From Treponema sp. (GTDB lineage Bacteria; Spirochaetota; Spirochaetia; Treponematales; Breznakiellaceae): DNA of 64,000 nt. The translations under genes and the position numbers were made by a program. Every line of letters begins with the position of its first letter. Positions within the stretch are counted from its first letter, which is position 1. Of this stretch, positions 18,582 through 27,356 are shown one piece after another. The stretch covers positions 34,655 through 98,654 of the forward strand of contig JAISAQ010000056.1 of the NCBI GenBank assembly GCA_031266775.1, given 5' to 3'. Below the pieces are notes generated by a model. That model was not told where the DNA came from. It did not search any database and saw only the letters and a list, made by a program, of their open reading frames with translations.

Positions 18582-19055
18582 ATGCAGATCCTTGTCGACG
18601 CCGATTCCTGCCCCCGGGCGGCCCGCGCCCTGGTGCTTCGCGCCGCGGAAAGAACGGGGATACGGGCCGTATTTGCCGCCAACCGCCCCATTCCCGGCAT
18701 ACGGGGAAAAACGGCGGTGATGGAGATCTGCCCCTCCGGCGAAGGGGCGGCGGACAACCGTATCGTGGAACTTGCCCGCCGGGGAGATCTCGCGGTAACA
18801 AGGGACATTCCCCTTGCGGCAAGGCTCGTGGAAGCGGGAGCGGCGGTAATAGACGACCGGGGCCGGGAATATACCCCCGGCAACATACGGGAAAAACTTT
18901 CCCTGCGCAACATCAGCGTGGAATTTGCCCTGTCGGGCCTTGGGGCGGAGCGGAACGCCGTCTACGGCAAAAGGGAGCTCAAGGCCATGTCGGACAGTCT
19001 TGACCGCGTTCTTTCCAGGCTGACAAGGGGAAAACACGCGCCCGGCGCCGGTTAA
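18582..19055 (+). CDS. YaiI/YqxD family protein (DUF188)
   Basis: 157 aa: MQILVDADSCPR... and ...AADNRIVE....DL.VT.DIPLAA. Confidence 0.8.
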   Translation: MQILVDADSCPRAARALVLRAAERTGIRAVFAANRPIPGIRGKTAVMEICPSGEGAADNRIVELARRGDLAVTRDIPLAARLVEAGAAVIDDRGREYTPGNIREKLSLRNISVEFALSGLGAERNAVYGKRELKAMSDSLDRVLSRLTRGKHAPGAG

Positions 19056-19072
19056 CCCGCGGCCAACCTTCC

Positions 19073-20329
19073 CTAGTGGCCGGCTTCCGGGTAGAGGCTC
19101 TGTATCTGCTTGATACTGGGAAGTATCTCGAAAAAAATGGACACGAGTTCGGGATCGAATTTCGTTCCCGAAAGGTTTCTTATCTCCGCAAGAACCTGTT
19201 CCTCGTCCCACGGCTCCTTGTACACCCGTTTTGAGCACAGGGCGTCGAACACATCGGCAACGGCGACGATACGGCCCGTAAGGGGAATTTCTTCCCCCTT
19301 CCTCTTCAGCACTTTTCCGTCCGCGCCGGTCTTGAGGGGCGCTTCGGTATAGGGGTCCACCCAGCCCGGATAGCCCGTGCCGTCCCAGTTTTCATGATGG
19401 GTAAGGGCTATGTCCCCTGCTATGTTGTCGATGGGGTCCTGGGGATCCTCAAAGAGCTGCGCCCCGTACAGGGTATGGCGCTGCATGATGAGGTACTCCT
19501 CGGGGGTAAAGCTGGCGGGCTTCTTTAATATAACATCCGATATGGCAACCTTTCCCACATCGTGAAGCATGGCCGCTATTCTAAGAGTATCCCGGAATTT
19601 TTCACGTTCCCGCTCGGGCACGCCGTGATGGTAGGCCCAGCGGTCGTAGATCTCGACGGCGTAACCGGCAACGCGGTTGACGTGGGTGCCCGTTTCCTTG
19701 GGGTCCCGGAGTTCGGACATCTTGATCATGCGCAGTATCATGGCCCTGGTAACATAGGCCCGCTGCAGCGCCACCGTGGCGTTGGCCGCGAAATGGGTGA
19801 TAAGAAATTCATCGTCGGAAGAAAAGGGAACGGTCTTCCCCGCTTTATCCTTCGCGTTAATCACCTGAATGACCCCAAGCAGGCGGCCGTCGGCGGTGAC
19901 AAGGGGAATGGTCAGCATGGACGTGGTCTTGTAGCCGGAAATCCTGTCAAAGGACTGGTTAAAGGAATAAGGAGTGTTACCGCGAATATTGTACACGTCA
20001 GGGATGTTTATCAGCTTCTTGGTCAGCGCGCAGTACCCGGCAATAGATCTTTCATCGATAAAAACGGAGAATACCGAATAGATCATCTTCTGTCCTTTGG
20101 GCAGTTTCTTCTGAACGGTATTGTTTTGGGCGTACTTTATGACCAGCTTGCTGACCTGCGCATTATCTTCAACCTGATTTTCCTTTACATAAATGGAACC
20201 GGCGTCGGCGTGAACCACGTTCCTGGCTTCAAGGAGTATCCGTTCCAAAAGAAGATCAAGGTCCTGAATCTGATTCAGTTCCGAATCGATGCGTATGATA
20301 GATTTGAAGTCAGTCTTTTCCCCGGCCAT
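19073..20329 (-). CDS. GAF-domain HD-GYP phosphodiesterase (c-di-GMP signalling type)
   Basis: 418 aa. N-terminal GAF-like domain, then AAMLHDVGKV and HHENWDGTGYPG. Confidence 0.85.
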   Translation of the reverse strand: MAGEKTDFKSIIRIDSELNQIQDLDLLLERILLEARNVVHADAGSIYVKENQVEDNAQVSKLVIKYAQNNTVQKKLPKGQKMIYSVFSVFIDERSIAGYCALTKKLINIPDVYNIRGNTPYSFNQSFDRISGYKTTSMLTIPLVTADGRLLGVIQVINAKDKAGKTVPFSSDDEFLITHFAANATVALQRAYVTRAMILRMIKMSELRDPKETGTHVNRVAGYAVEIYDRWAYHHGVPEREREKFRDTLRIAAMLHDVGKVAISDVILKKPASFTPEEYLIMQRHTLYGAQLFEDPQDPIDNIAGDIALTHHENWDGTGYPGWVDPYTEAPLKTGADGKVLKRKGEEIPLTGRIVAVADVFDALCSKRVYKEPWDEEQVLAEIRNLSGTKFDPELVSIFFEILPSIKQIQSLYPEAGH

Positions 20330-20365
20330 AAAACCTCTTTGCTCTTATTGCAGCGAAGCAGCGAA

Positions 20366-20397
20366 AATTGTTCAATAATTGAAAATATTGAACAATT
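20366..20397. promoter_or_regulatory. Perfect 12-bp inverted repeat in the 5' region of the GAF/HD-GYP gene
   Basis: AATTGTTCAATA (20366-20377), 8 nt, TATTGAACAATT (20386-20397). It lies 37-68 nt upstream of the ATG at 20329. Confidence 0.45.
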
Positions 20398-20465
20398 CCA
20401 TTCTACAACAAAATCGTCACGGGGAACAAGCGCCACGGCGGAATTATACGCCGGGGCATAACGGA

Positions 20466-20506
20466 AAAACAAAAAAAACACCCCGGGGAAAGGAGTAACC
20501 CCGGGG
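20466..20506 (-). terminator. Rho-independent terminator after the 20571.. gene
   Basis: CCCCGGGG (20499-20506) pairs with CCCCGGGG (20481-20488) across a 10-nt loop. On the minus strand it is followed by TGTTTTTTTTTGTTTTT (20480-20466). Confidence 0.6.
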
Positions 20507-20570
20507 CAGAAACACAAAAAAGGAAGAAGTATGAACCTTTTATTATATCAACAACGGCGGCAGGGAAAGG

Positions 20571-20834
20571 TTACACGGAAGACGGTAATTCGGCCTTCCA
20601 TCCGGCGATAAAATGTTCATGGGCCGCTATGGTGGCCGCCATGACGACATCCTGAAGATCCCCCCGGCCCGCCCAGTCGCCGCCGTCAAGGACATACAGG
20701 TGCCGTAAAACGCCTTCGATATCCTGTACCGTGCAGGACGGATCGGATTCCCGGCGGCGGCGGAGGCCCCTTAGTTCCCCCTCAAAAGTTTCCGCGTACG
20801 TCCTTTCGCGCCAGTCAACGGAAGCGCCTGTCAC
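20571..20834 (-). CDS. Hypothetical 87-aa protein, translationally coupled to the upstream gene
   Basis: Track ORF 20571..20915. The GTG at 20834 overlaps the upstream TGA (GTGA). I recognise no family, and the terminator follows. Confidence 0.35.
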   Translation of the reverse strand: MTGASVDWRERTYAETFEGELRGLRRRRESDPSCTVQDIEGVLRHLYVLDGGDWAGRGDLQDVVMAATIAAHEHFIAGWKAELPSSV

Positions 20835-21811
20835 CGGGGGCGCTCCGTATAGACAATGTCCCGTACCGTTTCCGTCCCTGAAACGGGGACAAGAAGCCCG
20901 AAGGCTTCCTCCCAAACGGTTTCCCCTCGCCGCCGCCAGTTTCCCCTTTCGTCCGTAACGTAATCGTAGCGGAAATCCGCTCCGTCCCCGTGCATCCTCA
21001 CCAAAAAGCCGTTTTCATCCCACTGGAGGCTGAAACGCGCGGAAGCGTCCGTTCCGGCGGTTTCGGGATCAAGATCCCAGTAAACGGGACGGCCCCGGTA
21101 ATAAACGGCGGAACAGGCGCCGGTAACAACAAAACCTTCCTCGCCGGAGCTTTCGGCCCGGCGCCTTTCGGCAAAGGAAACGCGGCCTCCGCTTTCGAAA
21201 CGGTACGTCTCAAGGGATGTTCCTGTCTCGTCGCGTATTTCAACCGAAAGGACGCGGCCTTCCCGGACGGCGGTTTTCGCGTAAGCCAGGGCGCGGCCTT
21301 CCCCGTCGTACCAGGTTTCCGAAACGCCGTCCGCCGAATCTTTAAGGATCACGAAATAGAAAACGCCGTTTCCGCTTACCCTGACAAGGCTTTCCGGTCC
21401 GGGGCCAAAAAAACCGGGCGGAAATTCGGCCGTCCACAGGCCCTCCCCGCCTGAGTCCGCGGCAAGGCGGAGAATTTCACCTTCACCGCCGTATTCAACC
21501 GTTATCATCGCAAGCCCGGCCGAAAGGCCCGGACCGCCTGGAAGCTGCGGAAATTCAAGGAGCCTGTTTTCTTCGTCCCGGCGCACGCGGTACTCACGCC
21601 CGCCTGAACGGAGGTTCACAAGGGACGCGCCGCCGCGCGGGGTAAAGGCGTCGGGAGGAATTTCCCGGGGCCAGAGAGGGTTCCAGAGGATCTCCCCGCC
21701 TCTAATGGTTTCAAGAAGCGGGGCAATAACAAAGGGAACGCCTTCCGCCAGGGCGGGAACACCCGCGAATGAGGGAAGCAGGATCAAAACAGCAAAAGGC
21801 CCGAGCTTCAT
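20831..21811 (-). CDS. Hypothetical secreted protein
   Basis: 326 aa. Signal peptide MKLGPFAVLILLPSFAGVPALAEG. I recognise no family. Confidence 0.55.
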   Translation of the reverse strand: MKLGPFAVLILLPSFAGVPALAEGVPFVIAPLLETIRGGEILWNPLWPREIPPDAFTPRGGASLVNLRSGGREYRVRRDEENRLLEFPQLPGGPGLSAGLAMITVEYGGEGEILRLAADSGGEGLWTAEFPPGFFGPGPESLVRVSGNGVFYFVILKDSADGVSETWYDGEGRALAYAKTAVREGRVLSVEIRDETGTSLETYRFESGGRVSFAERRRAESSGEEGFVVTGACSAVYYRGRPVYWDLDPETAGTDASARFSLQWDENGFLVRMHGDGADFRYDYVTDERGNWRRRGETVWEEAFGLLVPVSGTETVRDIVYTERPR

Positions 21812-21814
21812 GTC

Positions 21815-22552
21815 TTAACTCCTGTTAATGAATCCGGGAGAGGCAAAACGTTCACGGGCAAGAACGCGGGCCCGTTCATCCTCTTCCGCCGTCGGGGAAC
21901 AGAGGGAAACGGGGGACGATCCGCCCGTTTCCGCGGCATACTCAAGGGAAAGCCGCCGCCTGAAACCTTCGGCGAGGGCTTCCTCCGCATCCTCAAAGGA
22001 AACGGGCCTGTCCAAAACGGCGCGAAGACCCGTTACTTTGGAGGCGGAGACGCCGAGCAGTTCCCGCATCAAGAGGGGATCGGTATCCAAAAGAACCGTA
22101 CCGTGCTGAAGAAGCGTATCCCCCCGGCGTATTTGCGCGCTGCCCGATATTTTTTTTTCTCCCGTGTAAATATCGTTGACCGGCTTGAAGCGGGAAGAGA
22201 CCCCCAAAATGGAAAGCCCTTCCATGACGGCCCCGCATATCAGTTCAAACGGCGGAAGGACGCACGGAGGGGGAAAAATAACACTGTAGGTAACTTCGGC
22301 CTGATGAAAAACCGCGCCGCCGCCCGAAAGCCGGCGTACAATGTCCACGCCCCTCTGCGCGCACGCCCCGCGGTTAACCACTTCGGAAATCTTCTGGAAA
22401 TAACCTATGGAAACCGCCGGAGGCTCCCAGCCGTAAAAACGGAGAACAGGAAGGCCGCCCTCACGGGCGCTCTCAAGCAGCGCCTCATCAAGGCCCATGT
22501 TGTAAAAGGCGTCGGCGCGGCCCGTGCGGATGAGCCTAATCTTCAGCGGCAT
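21815..22552 (-). CDS. Lipoate-protein ligase A family protein (LplA/LipM/LipL type)
   Basis: 245 aa. Motifs: ...AFYNMGLDEALL..., RFYGW.PPAVSIGYFQ, RR.SGGGAVFH, and KISGSAQ (catalytic-lysine region). Confidence 0.8.
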   Translation of the reverse strand: MPLKIRLIRTGRADAFYNMGLDEALLESAREGGLPVLRFYGWEPPAVSIGYFQKISEVVNRGACAQRGVDIVRRLSGGGAVFHQAEVTYSVIFPPPCVLPPFELICGAVMEGLSILGVSSRFKPVNDIYTGEKKISGSAQIRRGDTLLQHGTVLLDTDPLLMRELLGVSASKVTGLRAVLDRPVSFEDAEEALAEGFRRRLSLEYAAETGGSSPVSLCSPTAEEDERARVLARERFASPGFINRS

Positions 22553-23429
22553 GGTAGCTTGTCCTCGCGAAGGGGGCGGATACGACGCGGGAAAACCCCC
22601 TCATGCGCGCCTCTTCGGCGTAACAGGCGAACGTATCGGGGTGAAGGTACTCAACAACGGGGATCTGCCTTTTTCCCGGCCGCAGGTACTGGCCCATCAC
22701 CAGCGAGTCAACCCCGGCTTCCCTGAGTTCGTCCATGGCGGCAAGCACCTCTTCCTTCTTTTCACCGAGCCCCAGAAGCAGGCTCGATTTGGTCACGGGT
22801 ATTCCCGCCTCTTTTGCCGCCTTCAGGGTTTCAAGGCTTCCGTCAAAAGAGGCCCTGCCGTCCCGTATATGCTGAAGGGAACGGACCGTCTCGACATTGT
22901 GGGCAAGCACGTCGGGAAAGGCGGCGGCCATGACGGCAAATTCGTCCCGGCGGTAATCGGGGACAAGAGCCTCCACTTTGACGCCGGGAATACGCCTCCT
23001 CAGCGCCGCCGCCGCCGCGGCGTAACATGAGGCCCCCTTATCGTCAAGATCGTCCCTGTCCACCGAGGTAAGCACCACATAGCGGAGGCACAGTTCCCCG
23101 GCCGCCGCCGCGACGGCGTCCGCCTCGTCCGCCCGGAGCGGCTCCCCGGTCTTCCCCGAGGCAACGGCGCAGAAACGGCAGGAACGCGTACAGATCCTTC
23201 CCATCAGCATAAAAGCCGCCGTTCCAAGCCCCCAGCATTCGCCCCGGTTGGGGCATTGCGCCTCGCCGCAGACCGTATGCAGGCAAAAGCGCCCAAGGAT
23301 CTCCTCCAGCTTCGCGCCGGAATCCCCCCAGGACGCGGGCCTCCGTATCCACAGGGGCTTTTCGCGTTCTCCCGTTCTTCTTGATTCAGGGGATGTTACG
23401 CATACCGCCGCGGCCTTCTCCATCTTCAC
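22536..23429 (-). CDS. lipA: Lipoyl synthase
   Basis: 297 aa. Motifs: TVCGEAQCPNRGECW, the radical-SAM CTRSCRFC cluster, and LTSVDRDDL. The GTG start overlaps the upstream stop. Confidence 0.9.
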   Translation of the reverse strand: MKMEKAAAVCVTSPESRRTGEREKPLWIRRPASWGDSGAKLEEILGRFCLHTVCGEAQCPNRGECWGLGTAAFMLMGRICTRSCRFCAVASGKTGEPLRADEADAVAAAAGELCLRYVVLTSVDRDDLDDKGASCYAAAAAALRRRIPGVKVEALVPDYRRDEFAVMAAAFPDVLAHNVETVRSLQHIRDGRASFDGSLETLKAAKEAGIPVTKSSLLLGLGEKKEEVLAAMDELREAGVDSLVMGQYLRPGKRQIPVVEYLHPDTFACYAEEARMRGFSRVVSAPFARTSYHAAED

Positions 23430-24685
23430 TACTCCCTTTGCGGCATGAAACTCAGCGCCAGAACTATGGGAAGAAGCAGAAGCTGATCTGTTATATTGTC
23501 CTGGTAAAAAGCGGGAAGGATCTTAATCAGCATGGACAGGAGGAGCCCAAGGAGGCTGACGCGCCAGAGCAGGGTGAGCAGCCTTCCCGGCGGTATCTTT
23601 TTTTCCCCGCCCGAGGCGTACATGATCCCCAGCGGGACAGCCGCGAGCAGAAGAGGGTTGACAAAGAGGATGTTGCTGTTGTGAAAGGTATAGTCGTGGT
23701 TGGTAAAAAAGGTCATGAAAAAAAGAACCAGTCCCGTCCCGCCGAAGAAAAGCCCCAAAAGACTCTGGCTTGCGCCAAGGAGAAGCCTTCCCGCGCGGGG
23801 ACGTTTTACCCGCACAAAGGAAAAGAAGAGAAGGAGGAACGCCGCCGCCGTACCCGCGGCAAGAGCGGCGGGCCAGCGCCTGGGAGGGGCGTCAAGAACG
23901 GCGGGTCTGTTTTTGGCCCGGTAGATAAACTCAACATTGGAAACCAGCTTGCGCTCCGTTCCGGACGGATCGGTGTAGTAAAATTCGTCAATCCGCTTCC
24001 CAAGTTCAGAGGGAAGAAACATGTCGTCCCAGACGGTAATGGGAACATCAATAGTCTTTCCCATAAGGAAATTAAGCATCCAGTCCATGAAGGGTGAAAA
24101 CCATGTGTGGCGGACCACATGCTGGCGCAGGGTAAAACGGCCCGGCTCGTTTCCATATTTTTCCCTGAACTGGCCTTCTACCGCCATGTCGATAATGTCC
24201 CTCACAGGGTGCGAACAGTTCCTCCTGAAATGATGGTACAGATAGTCCCGGTTTTCGGGGAGCACGTTGTTTTCCGCGAAGCGCCGCACTTCTTCCCGTT
24301 TTTCCGGGGGAAGATCCAGCGTGTAAACAGTCACGTCCCGGTTGGTACGTATGTAACCCGCGATGTTGGCCCAGGAAGGAGAAACGCCGCAGCTGTAAAG
24401 CAGTCTCCCGAACGCGAAATTCAAAAAAAACCGTTCATTTTCAAAAGAGAAAAGCCCGTAATCGTAAAAATTACTCTGGCCTGTTCTTGTGTCGTCTATG
24501 ATAAGGGCGATATGGCCCCACCAGAAGTAGAGTTCGTCCCCGGGCCCCATAACGGCTATTTGTATGACAAGGTTATCGCCGGGACGGCCGGTTTCGTTTT
24601 GAGCAGGAAGAAGGGCGGCCAAAAAGAGGAACGTACATGCAAGAAAAAAAACCTTCTTCAACGGAAACTTCCCGGCCGCGTTCAT
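23429..24685 (-). CDS. DUF4105 (Lnb-like N-terminal domain) membrane protein
   Basis: 418 aa. Signal anchor, WWGHIALIIDD....NFYDYG region, and about 4 C-terminal TM helices. The family assignment is from memory of the motif only. Confidence 0.55.
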   Translation of the reverse strand: MNAAGKFPLKKVFFLACTFLFLAALLPAQNETGRPGDNLVIQIAVMGPGDELYFWWGHIALIIDDTRTGQSNFYDYGLFSFENERFFLNFAFGRLLYSCGVSPSWANIAGYIRTNRDVTVYTLDLPPEKREEVRRFAENNVLPENRDYLYHHFRRNCSHPVRDIIDMAVEGQFREKYGNEPGRFTLRQHVVRHTWFSPFMDWMLNFLMGKTIDVPITVWDDMFLPSELGKRIDEFYYTDPSGTERKLVSNVEFIYRAKNRPAVLDAPPRRWPAALAAGTAAAFLLLFFSFVRVKRPRAGRLLLGASQSLLGLFFGGTGLVLFFMTFFTNHDYTFHNSNILFVNPLLLAAVPLGIMYASGGEKKIPPGRLLTLLWRVSLLGLLLSMLIKILPAFYQDNITDQLLLLPIVLALSFMPQRE

Positions 24686-25899
24686 TGTGCACCGTCAAGG
24701 CCGCCGCGGCGGGCAGCAAAGCGGGACTTCGCGGCAAGACCAAGCAGGAGAACGCCCGCGGCAAGGAGCAGGGGAAAAACCGCCGCGGCAAGCACGCCCG
24801 TTTTAAGCGTTGTCCTGTTCATCACCGCGCCGGCAAGGCCGGGACCGGCGGCGCATCCCACGTCGCCCGAAAGGGCAAGCAGGGCGAACATGGCCGTTCC
24901 CCCCGACGGGAAAACCCTTGACGCAAGACTGAAGGTTCCCGGCCACATAATCCCCACCGAAAGGCCCGAAACCGCGCAGCCCGCGAGCGAAAGAAAGGGA
25001 TACGGCGAAAACACCGTGACAAAATAACTTGCCAGGCACAAAGACGCCGCGCCGAAGAGTATCCGCTCAAGTTCAAGCTCGGTCTTCCGGGAGCCGAAAA
25101 AAACCCGTGAAAGGCCCATAAGAACGGCAAAGGCGCAGGGACCCAGAAGATCCCCGGCGGTTTTGGAAACCTTAAGACCCGCCTCGGCAAACAGCGAAGC
25201 CCACTGGGACATGGCCTGCTCCGAAGCGCCTGAGGCTATCATCATGACAAAAAGAATAACGAATACTTTTTTGGAAAAGAGAAACCTGAAGGGAAACGCC
25301 TTGACGGTCCCTTCGTCCGAAAGGCTCTTCATGGGAACGGCCGCGAAGAAGAATATGTTCGCAAAGGGAAGCACCGCCCAGAGCATGGGAAGATACCGCC
25401 AGGCCGCCGTTCCAACCGTTGTAAAATACAGGGTGGAAAGCAGCACAACGCCCACATAGCCCCAGCAGTAAAACGAATGAAGCAGGGCCATGGCCGCCGA
25501 CTTGTTGCCTGTGGGAAGGGCCTCCACAATGGGGCTCACTATTACTTCAAGAAGCCCGCCCCCCAGGGCGTTGATCGTCACGGCAATGACAAGCCCCGCG
25601 TAGGGAGGCATGACAAAGGGAAGGGTTCCCATGAGGAGGAGGCCCGCCGTACAGAAAACATGGGCGCTTACGGCCGCCGCCCTGTAGCCTATACGGTCGG
25701 CAAATTTTACCGCCGCGAGATCGACAAGAAGCTGCACGGTAAAATTAAGAGAAACAAGCAGCGCCAGTTTTCCCAATGAAACGTCAAACTGGCGCTGAAA
25801 AGTCAACAGCAGAAGCGATCCCAGATTGTTGACTATGGCCTGCGTCATATAACCGGCATAACAGGCCGCCACGGTATGCCGGTATGAAAGCCCTTTCAT
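24682..25899 (-). CDS. MFS transporter
   Basis: 405 aa with about 12 TM helices and an MFS-like D-R-x-G-Y-R loop (FADRIGYR). The stop overlaps the next start (ATGA). Confidence 0.75.
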   Translation of the reverse strand: MKGLSYRHTVAACYAGYMTQAIVNNLGSLLLLTFQRQFDVSLGKLALLVSLNFTVQLLVDLAAVKFADRIGYRAAAVSAHVFCTAGLLLMGTLPFVMPPYAGLVIAVTINALGGGLLEVIVSPIVEALPTGNKSAAMALLHSFYCWGYVGVVLLSTLYFTTVGTAAWRYLPMLWAVLPFANIFFFAAVPMKSLSDEGTVKAFPFRFLFSKKVFVILFVMMIASGASEQAMSQWASLFAEAGLKVSKTAGDLLGPCAFAVLMGLSRVFFGSRKTELELERILFGAASLCLASYFVTVFSPYPFLSLAGCAVSGLSVGIMWPGTFSLASRVFPSGGTAMFALLALSGDVGCAAGPGLAGAVMNRTTLKTGVLAAAVFPLLLAAGVLLLGLAAKSRFAARRGGLDGAQ

Positions 25900-25912
25900 G
25901 CGGCCGCGCGGC

Positions 25913-27322
25913 TCAGCCTCCGTAAACGGCGATCATGACGCCCGCCGCGATGGCCGTTCCTATAACGCCCGCGACATTGGGCCCCATGGCGTGCATCAGA
26001 AGGAAATTCCCCGGATCGTCGTCAAGGCCGACCTTGTTGGAAACCCTGGCGGCCATGGGCACGGCGGAAACACCGGCCGAACCGATGAGCGGGTTGATCT
26101 TTTCTTTAAGGAAAAGGTTCATGAATTTGGCGACAAGAACCCCCGCGGTGGTCGCGATGGCGAAAGCGACAAGCCCCATCACGACGATAATAAGAGAAGA
26201 AGGATTGAGGAATTTTTCCGGGGTCATCTGGCTGCCGACGCCCAGGGAAAGGAACATAGACACAATGTTCATGAGGGCGTTCTGCGACGTATCGGAGAGC
26301 CGCTCCACCACGCCGCATTCCCTTATAAAGTTGCCGAACATGAGGCAGCCGATAAGAGGGGCGGCCGCGGGAATAAGGAGCAGGGTCAGCACAAAAACCA
26401 CGATGGGGAAAAACACCTTTTCCGTTTTGGACACGGGCCGCAGCTGTTTCATCCTGATAAGCCGCTCCTGTTTGGTAGTAAGGGCCTTCATGATGGGGGG
26501 CTGTATGATGGGAACGAGGGCCATGTAGGAATAGGCCGCCACCGCCACGGTGGCAAGAAGATGGGGGGCAAGCTTGGCCGCGACATAGATCGTGGTGGGG
26601 CCGTCCGCGCCGCCGATGATCGACACCGCGCAGGCTTCCCTGAGGTTAAAAGCCACCCCCGGCAGGAAGTTGGCGACGCTGACGAAGAGCATGGTAGCGA
26701 ACACCCCGAACTGGGCCGCCGCGCCGAGCAGGGCGGTTTTGGGGTTGGCGATAAGGGGGCCGAAATCGGTCATTGCCCCTATGCCTATGAAAATGATAAG
26801 GGGAAAGAATTCGTTGCCCACGCCCGCCTTGTAGATAATATCCAGAAAACCCTGCCCCTCGCGGGTGCCGTCGGCCAAAAGATGGCCGGCCTCGCCCATT
26901 CCCGCCATGGGAATATTGACGAAGATGACGCCGAATCCTATGGGGACAAGCAGGAGCGGTTCGAATCCCTTTGCCACCCCAAGGTACACAATAAGAAAAC
27001 CCACCGCGACCATGAGCAGTTCCTGCCAGCCCAGAACCGTGATGTCCCTGTTGGACGGGGTCCGTTTGGGCGTACTGTCGGTGATAAATTTGAATATGCC
27101 CGTCGTCTCGGCGATGTTGAGTATGAAACTCTTAAGGGAAACACGGGGTATGTTCTGGCTGTTGGGAATGATGCCGTCGAGGTTTCTGAAAGAAGGCAGT
27201 TCATCGGTCTCCGGGGACCCTTGGGCGCCTGCCCTGGGCATAAAGGAAAATATAAAAGCGCCCGCTATGATGACGAGGCACAGCTTGGTAATCAATACGG
27301 GGTTTTTTTTCAGGTCTATCAT
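25913..27322 (-). CDS. oadB: Sodium-ion-translocating decarboxylase beta subunit
   Basis: Track ORF runs to 27412. I prefer the ATG at 27322 ([11 protein letters not shown]...), preceded by AAGGATGG and lying after the oadA stop. Conserved ...[11 protein letters not shown]..., ..IIGGADGPT.., and [17 protein letters not shown]. Confidence 0.85.
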   Translation of the reverse strand: MIDLKKNPVLITKLCLVIIAGAFIFSFMPRAGAQGSPETDELPSFRNLDGIIPNSQNIPRVSLKSFILNIAETTGIFKFITDSTPKRTPSNRDITVLGWQELLMVAVGFLIVYLGVAKGFEPLLLVPIGFGVIFVNIPMAGMGEAGHLLADGTREGQGFLDIIYKAGVGNEFFPLIIFIGIGAMTDFGPLIANPKTALLGAAAQFGVFATMLFVSVANFLPGVAFNLREACAVSIIGGADGPTTIYVAAKLAPHLLATVAVAAYSYMALVPIIQPPIMKALTTKQERLIRMKQLRPVSKTEKVFFPIVVFVLTLLLIPAAAPLIGCLMFGNFIRECGVVERLSDTSQNALMNIVSMFLSLGVGSQMTPEKFLNPSSLIIVVMGLVAFAIATTAGVLVAKFMNLFLKEKINPLIGSAGVSAVPMAARVSNKVGLDDDPGNFLLMHAMGPNVAGVIGTAIAAGVMIAVYGG

Positions 27323-27356
27323 ATTTCCATCCTTAATTCGGTTTACGTTTGGTTTA

